This document shows, in pieces, positions 40,112 through 52,149 of a DNA stretch of 64,000 nucleotides. Position 1 is the first letter of the stretch; each line of letters opens with the position of its first letter. The notes under the pieces were generated by a model. That model was given only the letters and a program-made list of their open reading frames with translations, was not told the DNA's origin and ran no database searches. Source of the stretch: Candidatus Eiseniibacteriota bacterium. GTDB lineage: Bacteria; Eisenbacteria; RBG-16-71-46. The stretch covers positions 47,364 through 111,363 of the forward strand of contig JBGAOB010000001.1 of the NCBI GenBank assembly GCA_044222045.1, written 5' to 3'. The position numbers were made by a program, and so were the translations under genes.

Positions 40112-41184
40112 CCGCCCCCGCCCGCGGCCTCCACCTGGCCTTCGCGGTACTGCCGCATGATCTCGTCGAGCACCGCCTTGGGCGGGCGCACCATGCTTTG
40201 CGGCAGCGTGGCGACGGGTGCGTCCACCAGGTTCAGCTCGTCGGTGAACGGGCGCGATTCGCGGTCGTAGTAGATGAGGCCGGTGATCAGCCGCTGGTCG
40301 CGACGCGCCTCGTGCAGCAGCGTCATGGCGCGCACCGCGTCGGACGGGTCGTAGTCCTCGCCGAGCTTCTTCAGCACGATCCACGAGCCGTCGGGCATCT
40401 TCACCTCGCGCGTGGTGCCGGGCTCGTACTCCACCTTGATGTCCTCGAAGTAGGGCACGTAGTCGATGTCGTGCAGCGGCGAATCGTGCTCCTTCACGGC
40501 GGCGTACGACTTGGTGCTGCCCTCGTGGTCGGCGAACGTCACGCACGGGCTGATCACGTCCACGAGCGCCGTGCCCTTGTGCGCGAACGCGGCCTTGAGC
40601 AGCGGACGCAGCTGCTTCTGGTCCCCCGAGAACGAGCGCGCCACGAACCCGCAGCCCAGCTCGATCGCGAGCGAGCACAGGTCGATCGGCGTGAGCGTGT
40701 TCGCCTCGCCGCCCTTGCGCGTGCTGCCCAGGTCGGCGGTGGCGCTGAACTGGCCCTTCGTGAGCCCGTACACGCCGTTGTTCTCGACGATGTACACGGC
40801 CGGCACGTTGCGCCGCAGCATGTGCACGAAGTGGCCCATGCCGATGCTGGCCGAGTCGCCGTCGCCCGACACGCCGATGCACAGCAGCTGGTGGTTCGCG
40901 CAGTGCGCGCCGGTGGCCACCGCGGGCATGCGCCCGTGCACGGCGTTGAAACCGTGCGAGTGGCCGAGGAAGTACGCGGGCGTCTTGCTGGAGCAGCCGA
41001 TGCCCGAGAACTTCGCCACCTTGTGCGGCTCGAGCCCGGCTTCGTACGCGGCCTGGATGATGCCGCCGGTGATGGCGTTGTGCCCGCAACCGGGACACAG
41101 CGTGGTCTTGGCGCCGTCGTAGTCGGCGCGCGTCAGGCCGATGCGGTTGGTGTTGCCGGCCGGAGGCGTGGTCGCGGTGCTCAT
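40108..41184 (-). CDS. korB: 2-oxoacid:ferredoxin oxidoreductase subunit beta (TPP-binding)
   Basis: ATG 41182-41184 with GGAAGGAG upstream; ATGA overlap with korA; …CPGCGHNAITGGII…GIGCSSK…GDGDSASIGMGHF… TPP and Fe-S motifs. Confidence 0.9.
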   Translation of the reverse strand: MSTATTPPAGNTNRIGLTRADYDGAKTTLCPGCGHNAITGGIIQAAYEAGLEPHKVAKFSGIGCSSKTPAYFLGHSHGFNAVHGRMPAVATGAHCANHQLLCIGVSGDGDSASIGMGHFVHMLRRNVPAVYIVENNGVYGLTKGQFSATADLGSTRKGGEANTLTPIDLCSLAIELGCGFVARSFSGDQKQLRPLLKAAFAHKGTALVDVISPCVTFADHEGSTKSYAAVKEHDSPLHDIDYVPYFEDIKVEYEPGTTREVKMPDGSWIVLKKLGEDYDPSDAVRAMTLLHEARRDQRLITGLIYYDRESRPFTDELNLVDAPVATLPQSMVRPPKAVLDEIMRQYREGQVEAAGGGG

Positions 41185-42989
41185 CGGGCAACTCCTTCCG
41201 CCACGGCGCGGCCTTCGTGGGCCAGCACGCCGTCGGTCACGGTCTTCGCGTCGATCGGCAGTCCGTCGTAGTGCAGCACCGAGCGGATGCGGCCGGCCAG
41301 CTCGGGCGCTTCGAGCTTGAGCCGCTCGGCCATCTGGCCGTCGCGGTTCTGCTCGACCACGTAGATCGCGCGGTGCTTCGCCAGGAACTCGCGCACGCTG
41401 GCCGCGAACGGGAGCGCGCGGATGCGCAGGTACGAGGCCTTCACGCCGGCCGCGGCGAGCTGGGCCTGCGACTCGATCACCGCCCAGTGCGACGAACCGA
41501 ACGCGACCAGCCCCACGTCGGCGCCGGCCATCTCGAACGCCTCGGGCGCGGGCACCAGCGCGCGCGCGGTGTCGTACTTCTTCTTCAGCCGGTCCATGTT
41601 GCGCACGTACGTTTCGGGGCTCTCGGTGTAGCGGGCCGCTTCGTCGTGGCCGGAGCCGCGCGTGAAGTACGTGCCCTTCCAGTTCGGATTGCCGGGAATC
41701 GTGCGGTACGGAATGCCGTCGCCGTCCACGTCGCGGTAGCGCTCGAACTTCGCGACCTTCTCGAGGTCGTCGGCGTTCAGCACCTTGCCGCGGTCCATCG
41801 GCTTCTCGGGGTACTGGAACGCGTCGCTCATCCACAGGTTCATGCCGATGTCGAGATCGCTCAGCACGAACAGCGGCGTCTGCAGGCGCTCCGACAGGTC
41901 GAACGCGATCACGCCGAAGTCGAAGCACTCGCTCACCGACGCCGGCAGCAGCACGGGGAACTGGGTGTCGCTGTGCGACAGACCCACGGCCTGCGACAGG
42001 TCGGCCTGCGACGTGCGCGTGGGCAGCCCCGTGCTGGGCCCGATGCGCTGGATGTTCCACACGACGCCCGGGATCTCGGCGTAGTAGCCGTAGCCCGCGA
42101 ACTCACCCATCAGCGAGATGCCCGGGCCCGACGTGGCGGTCATCGAGCGCGCGCCGGCCCAGCTCGCGCCCAGCACCATGCCGATCGCGGCCAACTCGTC
42201 CTCGGCCTGCACCACCGCGTAAGTGGCCTTGCCGTCGGGCGCGTGGCGGTGCTTCTCGAGGAAGCCCATCAGCGCTTCGATCAGGCTGGACGAAGGCGTG
42301 ATCGGGTACCACGTCACCACCGTGACGCCGCCGAACATCGTGCCGAGCGCGGCGGCGGTGTTGCCGTCGATCAGGATCTTGCCCGCCGTCTCGTTCATGC
42401 GCTCGAGCCGGTACGGGTGCAGCGACGCGTCGAGGCTGCCCGCGAACTCGAAGCCCGCCTTCACGGCGGCCTGGTTCAGCGCGAGCGCCTTCGGCTTGCC
42501 GCCGAGCTGCGCCACCAGCGCGCGCTCGATCTCGGCCAGTTCGATGCCGAGCAGCTTCGCGAGCACGCCCACGTAGATCATGTTCACCACCAGCCGGCGC
42601 AGCTTCACGTCGTTCGTGATGGGCTCCATGAGCTTGGCCATCGGCACGCGGTAGACGATCCGGTCGGCCGGCGGATCCGGGAACTTGATCGCGTCGTTCG
42701 TCACGATCACGGTGCCGGGCCCCATCGACGCCACGTCCTCGGCGGCGGTCTCGGGGTTCATCACCACCAGGATCTCGTTCGTGCGGCGGCGCGCGATCCA
42801 GCCGTCCTTGCTGGCGCGGATCGTGAACCACGTGGGCAGGCCGGCGATGTTCGACGGGAACAGGTTCTTGCCGCTGACCGGGATGCCCATCTGGAAGATG
42901 GCGCGCAGCAGCACGCTGTTCGCGGTCTGGCTGCCGGAGCCGTTGACCGTGGCCACGTGGATGCAGAAGTCGTTGATGACGGGTTTCAC
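41181..42989 (-). CDS. korA: 2-oxoacid:ferredoxin oxidoreductase subunit alpha (fused gamma-alpha)
   Basis: MKPVINDFCIHVATVNGSGSQTANSVLLRAIFQMGIPVSGKNLFPS… (gamma-like N-terminus) followed by the alpha domain …YPITPSSSLIE…. Confidence 0.9.
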   Translation of the reverse strand: MKPVINDFCIHVATVNGSGSQTANSVLLRAIFQMGIPVSGKNLFPSNIAGLPTWFTIRASKDGWIARRRTNEILVVMNPETAAEDVASMGPGTVIVTNDAIKFPDPPADRIVYRVPMAKLMEPITNDVKLRRLVVNMIYVGVLAKLLGIELAEIERALVAQLGGKPKALALNQAAVKAGFEFAGSLDASLHPYRLERMNETAGKILIDGNTAAALGTMFGGVTVVTWYPITPSSSLIEALMGFLEKHRHAPDGKATYAVVQAEDELAAIGMVLGASWAGARSMTATSGPGISLMGEFAGYGYYAEIPGVVWNIQRIGPSTGLPTRTSQADLSQAVGLSHSDTQFPVLLPASVSECFDFGVIAFDLSERLQTPLFVLSDLDIGMNLWMSDAFQYPEKPMDRGKVLNADDLEKVAKFERYRDVDGDGIPYRTIPGNPNWKGTYFTRGSGHDEAARYTESPETYVRNMDRLKKKYDTARALVPAPEAFEMAGADVGLVAFGSSHWAVIESQAQLAAAGVKASYLRIRALPFAASVREFLAKHRAIYVVEQNRDGQMAERLKLEAPELAGRIRSVLHYDGLPIDAKTVTDGVLAHEGRAVAEGVAR

Positions 42990-43025
42990 GCGGTTCGATC
43001 GGGCGAAGACGCCCGCTCCTTTCGT

Positions 43026-44051
43026 CTACGAATACAGGTCACCCATGGTCACGCGCGTCGGCTTGCGCACCCACGAGTAGGCCGAGTTCGCGGCCACGGC
43101 GCCCTCCTTGGACGCCGTGATGAGCAGCTTGTACTTGCCCTCGTACGTCACGATGTCGCCGCACGCGAGCAGGCCCTCGATGTTGGTGCGCATCTGGCCG
43201 TCGACGAGGATGAGGTTGCCTTCCACCGTCACGCCCCAGCGCTTGACCGCGTCGAGGTTCACCGCGGCACCGATGTTGACCACCAGGTAGTCGCCGTCGA
43301 CGCGTTCGGGTGCGTCGGCGCCCTTCGCCTGCACGAGCACGCCCACGAGCCGACCGTGCTCCAGCAGCACTTCCTTCACGCGCGTGTTGAAGCGGGCCGC
43401 GATGCCGTACTCCTGCACCTTCTCGATGTTCGCTTCCATGCCCGTGAAGCGATCGAGTACCTGCAGCACGGTGACCGGGGCGCCCGCCTCGTGCGCGGCC
43501 TGCGCGCTCTCGAGGCCCGAATCGCCGCCTCCCACCACGATCACGCGCCGGCCGGCCACGCGCTTCTTCTCGGCCATGCGGTACGTGAGCTGGTCCTCGT
43601 CGAGGCCGTCCTCACCCGGCACCTTGAGCTTGCGGGGCTCGAACGCGCCGCCGCCGATGGCGATGACCACGCACTTCGTCTCGAGCTTGGAGGTCTCGCG
43701 GGTTTCCACGTTCAGCGCATCGAGCTCGAACGAGCCGTCCTCGCGGCGCACGAGGTCGGTGATCTTGATCTTCTCCATCATCTCGCAGCCCAGCTCGCGC
43801 GCGTGCTCCACGAGCGAGGCGGCCAGGTCGGCGCCGAGGATCTTGTGGTAGCCCGGCCAGTCGTGCACCGGCTTGTCGCCGTACAGCGAGATGAGCTGCC
43901 CGCCCAGGCGTCCGGCATCCACGACGAGGACCGACATCTTGCGCATGCGGCAGTACATCCCGGCCGTGAGGCCGGCGGGGCCGCCGCCGATGATCAGCAC
44001 CTCGTACACGACACCTCCGGAGTGCGCGAAACGCGAGCGAAGCGTGGCCAC
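43026..44051 (-). CDS. thioredoxin-reductase-like ferredoxin-NADP+ reductase (FAD/NAD(P)-binding)
   Basis: LIIGGGPAGLTAG (FAD site) and VIVVGGGDSGLESA (NAD(P)H site). Confidence 0.85.
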   Translation of the reverse strand: MATLRSRFAHSGGVVYEVLIIGGGPAGLTAGMYCRMRKMSVLVVDAGRLGGQLISLYGDKPVHDWPGYHKILGADLAASLVEHARELGCEMMEKIKITDLVRREDGSFELDALNVETRETSKLETKCVVIAIGGGAFEPRKLKVPGEDGLDEDQLTYRMAEKKRVAGRRVIVVGGGDSGLESAQAAHEAGAPVTVLQVLDRFTGMEANIEKVQEYGIAARFNTRVKEVLLEHGRLVGVLVQAKGADAPERVDGDYLVVNIGAAVNLDAVKRWGVTVEGNLILVDGQMRTNIEGLLACGDIVTYEGKYKLLITASKEGAVAANSAYSWVRKPTRVTMGDLYS

Positions 44052-44235
44052 GTTACGAGCCGCTTCGTCGGAGGGTCAAGTGCGGCGGGCGAGCTCCCGC
44101 GAATCGCGGCGGACCTCGCTTCTCATCACCGTTCGTCGACGGCCGGCGCCGTCGCGGCGAACCGCCGGCGCCCGTCGCGAACGCCCCGCCCGCGGGAGAT
44201 CGGCCGCGTGCCGCACCGGCCGACTTCGCCTGTCG

Positions 44236-45180
44236 TCAGCGGTACAGCGACTTGAGGCGCCCCCACGTCGTCGGACTCAGCCAGGTGGCCCGGTCGTCTC
44301 GGCGGAACTCGATGTCGACGATCTTGTCCGCCGGGCTCGGCGAACACCACGCCGGATTCAGCTCCGCGAGCGTGACCGGATCGAACTCGCGCACTTCCGC
44401 CGCGGCGCCGTCGGCGACGAACACGTGCCCGTCCGACGGGCGAATGTCGATCCCGTGCGGCCGCGAGAGCCCGGTCACCAGTCCGATGGCCGAGCCGGCG
44501 GCGTCGAATCGCTGCAGCGTGCCGAGCCCGGCCATGATGTCGGAGCCGGTCACCAGCACGTCGCCGTTCGGCAGGATCGCCACGTCGTTGAACCAGCCGA
44601 ACTGCGAAGTCCACGAGTGGAGGATGCCGTACGTCGACGGGTCGAGTTCGTAGAGCGTCGAGTGGAAGTACGTGCACACGTACAGGTGGCCGTTCGGGCC
44701 GAAGCGCATGTCGGCGGGATCACCGGGAAGCGTCGCGCGCACGGCGACGAGCGCGCCCGTGACGCCGTCGTACTCGACCAGCTCGTTCGTGGAGGTGGAG
44801 GCCACGAGCACGTTGCCGTTCGGCAGGTAGATCGCCGACCACATCCATCCGCCGCCCGTGCCGTACGTGCGGACATAGGCGTTCGTCGCCGCGTCGAACT
44901 CGTTCACCCCGCCGGCCTGGTGCCCGACCAGGTAGCGTCCGTTCGTCGCTCCGAAGTGAATCGCGGCCTGCGCGGTGGCGCCCGCCTGTGACGAGGCGGC
45001 CACGCCGAGGAACGCGCCCGTCGCGCCACCGTAAGCGCGCACGAGCCCGGAGCCCTCGCCAGTCACGTAGGCGTCGCCGATGGCGCCGATCGCCGCGGCA
45101 GGGCGGGGCGCGGCCGGCACGAACAGGAACAGCGCGAGCAGGGCGAAAAGCAGGTGACGCGAAGTCGGGTGCGCGGCCAT
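44236..45180 (-). CDS. secreted six-bladed beta-propeller-like protein, paralog 1, with conserved tail TTWGRLKSLYR
   Basis: ATG 45178-45180; signal peptide MAAHPTSRHLLFALLALFLFVPAAPRPAAA; about 45% identical over its length to the 48618-49553 protein, including the last 11 residues. Confidence 0.75.
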   Translation of the reverse strand: MAAHPTSRHLLFALLALFLFVPAAPRPAAAIGAIGDAYVTGEGSGLVRAYGGATGAFLGVAASSQAGATAQAAIHFGATNGRYLVGHQAGGVNEFDAATNAYVRTYGTGGGWMWSAIYLPNGNVLVASTSTNELVEYDGVTGALVAVRATLPGDPADMRFGPNGHLYVCTYFHSTLYELDPSTYGILHSWTSQFGWFNDVAILPNGDVLVTGSDIMAGLGTLQRFDAAGSAIGLVTGLSRPHGIDIRPSDGHVFVADGAAAEVREFDPVTLAELNPAWCSPSPADKIVDIEFRRDDRATWLSPTTWGRLKSLYR

Positions 45181-45512
45181 GGCGGTCTCCGTCGATGTCG
45201 GGACTCGGAGCCGGGGCCGCGAACACGCGCGAGCACCCCGGACGCCCGGAGCGGAAATGGTCCAAGAACTCGACCCGGCATCGCAAGACCAAAGTCCCGG
45301 GTCGTGCACCTGATGGGCCGCGCCGCCGGTGGGCCCACCCGGCCTGCAACCGACCGATCCCCCGCCAGTTCCGTGCGCGGCGGTGGCGTACCTCCGCGTC
45401 CGCTCTTCAGAGGAGGGGGCCGGGCTCCGAGACTTGCGAACGTGGTCGTGACTACGGGCCCGGGATCGGATGATTCGCGGGCTTCCCCGACGATCCACCA
45501 GTGAGAGATGCG

Positions 45513-48542
<3,030 letters not shown>

Positions 48543-48557
48543 CCCGGGCGAAACGCG

Positions 48558-48600
48558 CCGCGGCCGCCCTCGCGACAGGGCGGCCGCGGTGTTTCGGTGC
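48558..48600 (+). terminator. hairpin terminator after the histidine kinase gene
   Basis: CCGCGGCCGCCCT-cgcgac-AGGGCGGCCGCGG followed by TGTTTCGGTG. Confidence 0.55.
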
Positions 48601-48617
48601 CGGCAGAGTGGACTCGC

Positions 48618-49553
48618 CTAACGGTAGAGCGACTTGAGCCGCCCCCACGTGGTGAGCGGCGCGGCCGTGGGCCCGCCGCCCGGGCGGAACGCGATGTCCA
48701 CCACCTTGTCGCCGGGAGCGGGCGTGAGCACGGCGGCGTCGAGCTCGGCGAACGTGATCGGGTCGAACTCGTAGACCTGCGCGGTGACGCCGTCGACCAC
48801 GTAGATGTGGCCGTTGTGCGGGCTGATCGCGATGCCGTGCGTGTTGCCCCAGCTGCCGTCGCCGAACGAGCCGAGCAGGTTGTGCACGGGCGTCGAGTCG
48901 TAGCGGTAGACGAGGTTGCTGCCCATGGCCGTCACCAGGATCTCGCCGTTCAGGAACGCCACGTCGTTGCCGAGCGTGTTCGGCGGCAGGCTCCACGCCG
49001 AGATCACGTTGCCGTTCGTGGCGTCGAGTTCGAACACCATCGGCGGGAAGTACTGGCACACGTACAGGTTGCCGTTGGGCCCGTACTCCATGTCCGCCGG
49101 CGAGCCCGGCAGCGGCGCGAACACCTGGATGAACGCGCCGGTGTTGCCGTCGTACTCGATGAGCTTGTTGCTCGCCGACTCGGCCACGATCACGTTGCCG
49201 TTCGCGCGGTACACCGCCGACCACTGCCACAGCACGGGGCCGTACGTCTTGATGAGCGCGCCGGTCGCCGAGTCGTACTCGCGCACGCCCTGCGAGAATC
49301 CGCCGACCAGCATGCGGCCGTTCGTGGGATGGAAGTGGATGCCGAGCGGCTGGTTCGCGGTGTTCTGGAACACGCCCAGGAACGCACCGGTGATGGGTGC
49401 GTACACGCGGACGGTGTTGGACGCGTCGCCGGTCACGTACATGTCGCCGACCGAACCGACGATCGCGTGTGCGGGCTTCGCGACCGCGAACACGGACGCG
49501 GCGAACAACGCGGACCACAGGAACCGGACAGGAAAGTGGAAACCACGGGCCAT
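48618..49553 (-). CDS. secreted beta-propeller-like protein, paralog 2, with conserved tail TTWGRLKSLYR
   Basis: ATG 49551-49553 with GAGGAG upstream; signal peptide MARGFHFPVRFLWSALFAASVFAVAKPAHA; paralog of 44236-45180. Confidence 0.75.
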   Translation of the reverse strand: MARGFHFPVRFLWSALFAASVFAVAKPAHAIVGSVGDMYVTGDASNTVRVYAPITGAFLGVFQNTANQPLGIHFHPTNGRMLVGGFSQGVREYDSATGALIKTYGPVLWQWSAVYRANGNVIVAESASNKLIEYDGNTGAFIQVFAPLPGSPADMEYGPNGNLYVCQYFPPMVFELDATNGNVISAWSLPPNTLGNDVAFLNGEILVTAMGSNLVYRYDSTPVHNLLGSFGDGSWGNTHGIAISPHNGHIYVVDGVTAQVYEFDPITFAELDAAVLTPAPGDKVVDIAFRPGGGPTAAPLTTWGRLKSLYR

Positions 49554-49781
49554 GGGGACATCTCCTCGCGGTGGGGACACGGGATGCGAGCGAGCCTCGG
49601 GAGGGCCGCGCCCTGGGGCCGGAATCCGGCAGCTTCAAGGATGGTCGCCCCCGGCGGCGGCGGGCAACGACCAAATGCGCTCCCGACGGAGAAAATCCTC
49701 CGGTTTCGGCGTTCGGCCGCGGCGCCGGGGGGGCCGGGCGAGCGGCTTGACCGGCCGGACCCCTGCGCTACGCTGCCGCCC

Positions 49782-50537
49782 ATGAAACCCGCCAGCGAGC
49801 ATCGCGTGGAGCCCTCGGCCGCCGTTCTCGAAGCCGCCCGCCAGTGGATCACCCCCGTGCGCAACGCACTGGGCCCGCGGTGGCTGGCCGCCTACCTCAC
49901 CGGCAGCGTGCTCACCGCCGGGTTCGACCCGAAGCACTCGCGCGTGAACGTGCTGGTGATCGCGCGCGACCTGGGTGTGGACGCGCTCGACGCCCTGGCC
50001 GCGGCGATCCCCGTGGGCGGCAAGGCGCCGCACTTCGAGCCGCTGTTCGTGAGCCAGGACCAGATGCGCCGCTCGCTCGACGTGTTCCCGATCGAGTGGC
50101 TCGACATCCTGGAGCGCCGCCTGCTCGTGGAAGGCGAGGACGTGCTCGCCACCGTCGAGGTGCCGCGCACGCATCTGCGCCACCAGCTCGAGCACGAGCT
50201 GCGCGGCAAACATCTCCAGCTGCGGCAGGCATACCTCGCCGGCTTCCGCCACGCGGAAGCGCAGCGCGAAACGCTGGTGCGGCTGGCGAGCGGCTTCCAC
50301 ACGCTGTTCCGCACGCTGCTGCGCCTGTCGGGCGAAGTGCCGCCCGCCAGCACCGAGCGCGTGATCGAGCGTGTGGCCGACCTGTACCGGCTCGACGCAC
50401 GCGGCCTGCTGGGCGCGTGGCTGGTGCGCTACGCCGAGCGCAAGTTCTCGACCGACGAGCTGCGCTCGCTGTACCGCGGCTTCCTCGCCGAGATCGAACG
50501 TCTCGTCACCGCGATCGACGAGCTCAAGCTTCCGTGA
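49782..50537 (+). CDS. nucleotidyltransferase-domain protein (aminoglycoside/lincosamide nucleotidyltransferase-like fold)
   Basis: …LAAYLTGSVLTAGFDPKHSRVNVLVIARD… resembles the minimal nucleotidyltransferase motif (hG[GS]…D…D). Confidence 0.5.
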   Translation: MKPASEHRVEPSAAVLEAARQWITPVRNALGPRWLAAYLTGSVLTAGFDPKHSRVNVLVIARDLGVDALDALAAAIPVGGKAPHFEPLFVSQDQMRRSLDVFPIEWLDILERRLLVEGEDVLATVEVPRTHLRHQLEHELRGKHLQLRQAYLAGFRHAEAQRETLVRLASGFHTLFRTLLRLSGEVPPASTERVIERVADLYRLDARGLLGAWLVRYAERKFSTDELRSLYRGFLAEIERLVTAIDELKLP

Positions 50538-51376
50538 CGCCCCGCCGAGTTCTCGCTCCCCTCGCGGGAGCCTGCTTCGTGCTGTGTGCCGTGCTCGCCG
50601 CCGCGATCGCCTGGGCGCAGCCCGCCGACACCACCGGGCGCGCGGCCATTCCCGCGTACGAGGGTTACGTCACCGACGTGGCGCATGTGCTGCCCGACGC
50701 GCGGCGCGCGCAGCTCGAGGGCTTCCTCGACCAGGTGCAGAAGAAGACCGGTGCGCAGTTCGCCGTGCTCACGGTGCAGAACTGCTGGCCCGAGGACCCC
50801 GACGCCTACAAGGTGCGCGTGTTCCAGTCGTGGGGCATCGGCCAGAAGGGCGAGAACAACGGCCTGCTGCTGCTGGTGGCCATGGACGAGCACGCGATCC
50901 GCTTCGAGACCGGCTACGGCCTGGAGGGCGTGCTGCCCGACGGCTGGCAGTCGCGCATGACGCGGCAGCTGATGATTCCGCGCTTCCGTGCCGGCGATCC
51001 CGCGGAGGGCATCACCGCCGGCGTGCTGGCGAGCGCGCAGCGCATCGCCGCCGACAAGGGCGTGACGCTGGAGTGGAACGGCAAGGAACTGCGCTACTCG
51101 AGCGTGCGCGGCGGCAAGATGCCGCCCGTGGTGCTGGCGCTGCTGCTGTTCCTGATCATCGTGATCGTGTTGGCCGCGATCGGCTCGGCCAGCGGCGGAG
51201 GCGGCGGCTTCGGCCCGACGGTCGGGCGCCGACGCTCGGGTTACGGCGGCTATGGCGGGGGCTGGTACGGTGGCGGCTTCGGCGGTGGTGGTGGAGGTGG
51301 CTTCGGAGGCGGTGGCTCGTTCGGCGGCTTCGGCGGCGGAATGAGCGGCGGTGGCGGCGGCGGCGGAAACTGGTGA
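50534..51376 (+). CDS. TPM-domain protein (TLP18.3/YgcG-like) with C-terminal TM helix and Gly-rich tail
   Basis: GTG start overlapping the upstream stop (GTGA); signal peptide; …YVTDVAHVLPDARRAQLEGFLDQVQKKTGAQFAVLTV…; tail GGGFGGGG…. Confidence 0.8.
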   Translation: MTPRRVLAPLAGACFVLCAVLAAAIAWAQPADTTGRAAIPAYEGYVTDVAHVLPDARRAQLEGFLDQVQKKTGAQFAVLTVQNCWPEDPDAYKVRVFQSWGIGQKGENNGLLLLVAMDEHAIRFETGYGLEGVLPDGWQSRMTRQLMIPRFRAGDPAEGITAGVLASAQRIAADKGVTLEWNGKELRYSSVRGGKMPPVVLALLLFLIIVIVLAAIGSASGGGGGFGPTVGRRRSGYGGYGGGWYGGGFGGGGGGGFGGGGSFGGFGGGMSGGGGGGGNW

Positions 51377-51433
51377 TCCTGCGCCCGCGCGCCGGACGGT
51401 GCGCGGAACGAGACATACAAAGGAGGACGAGCG

Positions 51434-52054
51434 ATGAAGGCTGGTCTGATCGGTGTGATCGTGGTGGCGGTGGTGCTGCTGCTTCTGGGCGGCTGCGTGT
51501 CGCAGCAGTACAACTCGCTGGTCACGTCGCGCGAAGGCGTGAAGAGCCTGTGGGCGCAGGTGGAGAACCAGCTCCAGCGCCGCAACGACCTGATCGGCAA
51601 CCTCGTGGAGACCGTGAAGGGCACGGCCACGCAGGAGCAGGAGGTGTTCGGCCAGATCGCGAACGCGCGCGCCGCGATGGCCGGCGCGAAGACGCAGGGC
51701 GAAGGCATCGCCGCCGCGCAGCAGATGGACGGCGCGCTGGGCCGGCTGCTGGTGGTGATCGAGAACTACCCGCAGCTGAAGAGCAACGAAGCGTTCATGC
51801 AGCTGATGGACGAGATCGCCGGCACCGAGAACCGACTGGCCACCGAGCGCCAGCGCTACAACGAAGGCGTGCGCGGCTACAACGTGCTGACCAAGCAGTT
51901 CCCGATGAACCTGTTCGCCGGCTTCTTCAAGTTCGAGGAGTTCAAGTACTACGAGACGCCCGAGGCCGCGAAGGCGGTGCCCAAGGTGGACTTCGGTGGC
52001 CTGCGCCGCGACGCCGCCCCCGCGACGCCGGAGCCCGCCCCCGCGACGAAGTAG
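51434..52054 (+). CDS. LemA-family protein
   Basis: AAGGAGG 7 nt upstream; N-terminal TM helix; …WAQVENQLQRRNDLIGNLVETVKGTATQEQEVFGQIANARA…. Confidence 0.9.
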   Translation: MKAGLIGVIVVAVVLLLLGGCVSQQYNSLVTSREGVKSLWAQVENQLQRRNDLIGNLVETVKGTATQEQEVFGQIANARAAMAGAKTQGEGIAAAQQMDGALGRLLVVIENYPQLKSNEAFMQLMDEIAGTENRLATERQRYNEGVRGYNVLTKQFPMNLFAGFFKFEEFKYYETPEAAKAVPKVDFGGLRRDAAPATPEPAPATK

Positions 52055-52099
52055 CGGGGCGCGCCGTAAACGGCGCGACGCGAGTGGCGCGAACAGAAC

Positions 52100-52144
52100 G
52101 GCGCCCGCGACGGAAGCTCGTCGCGGGCGCCGGTGTTTGCGATG
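52100..52144 (+). terminator. stem-loop terminator GGCGCCCGCGACG-gaagc-tCGTCGCGGGCGCC-GGTGTTTGCGATG; near-identical to 58748-58793
   Basis: Perfect 13-bp stem plus a U-containing tail; the second copy differs by one loop base. Confidence 0.65.
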
Positions 52145-52149
52145 CAGCG

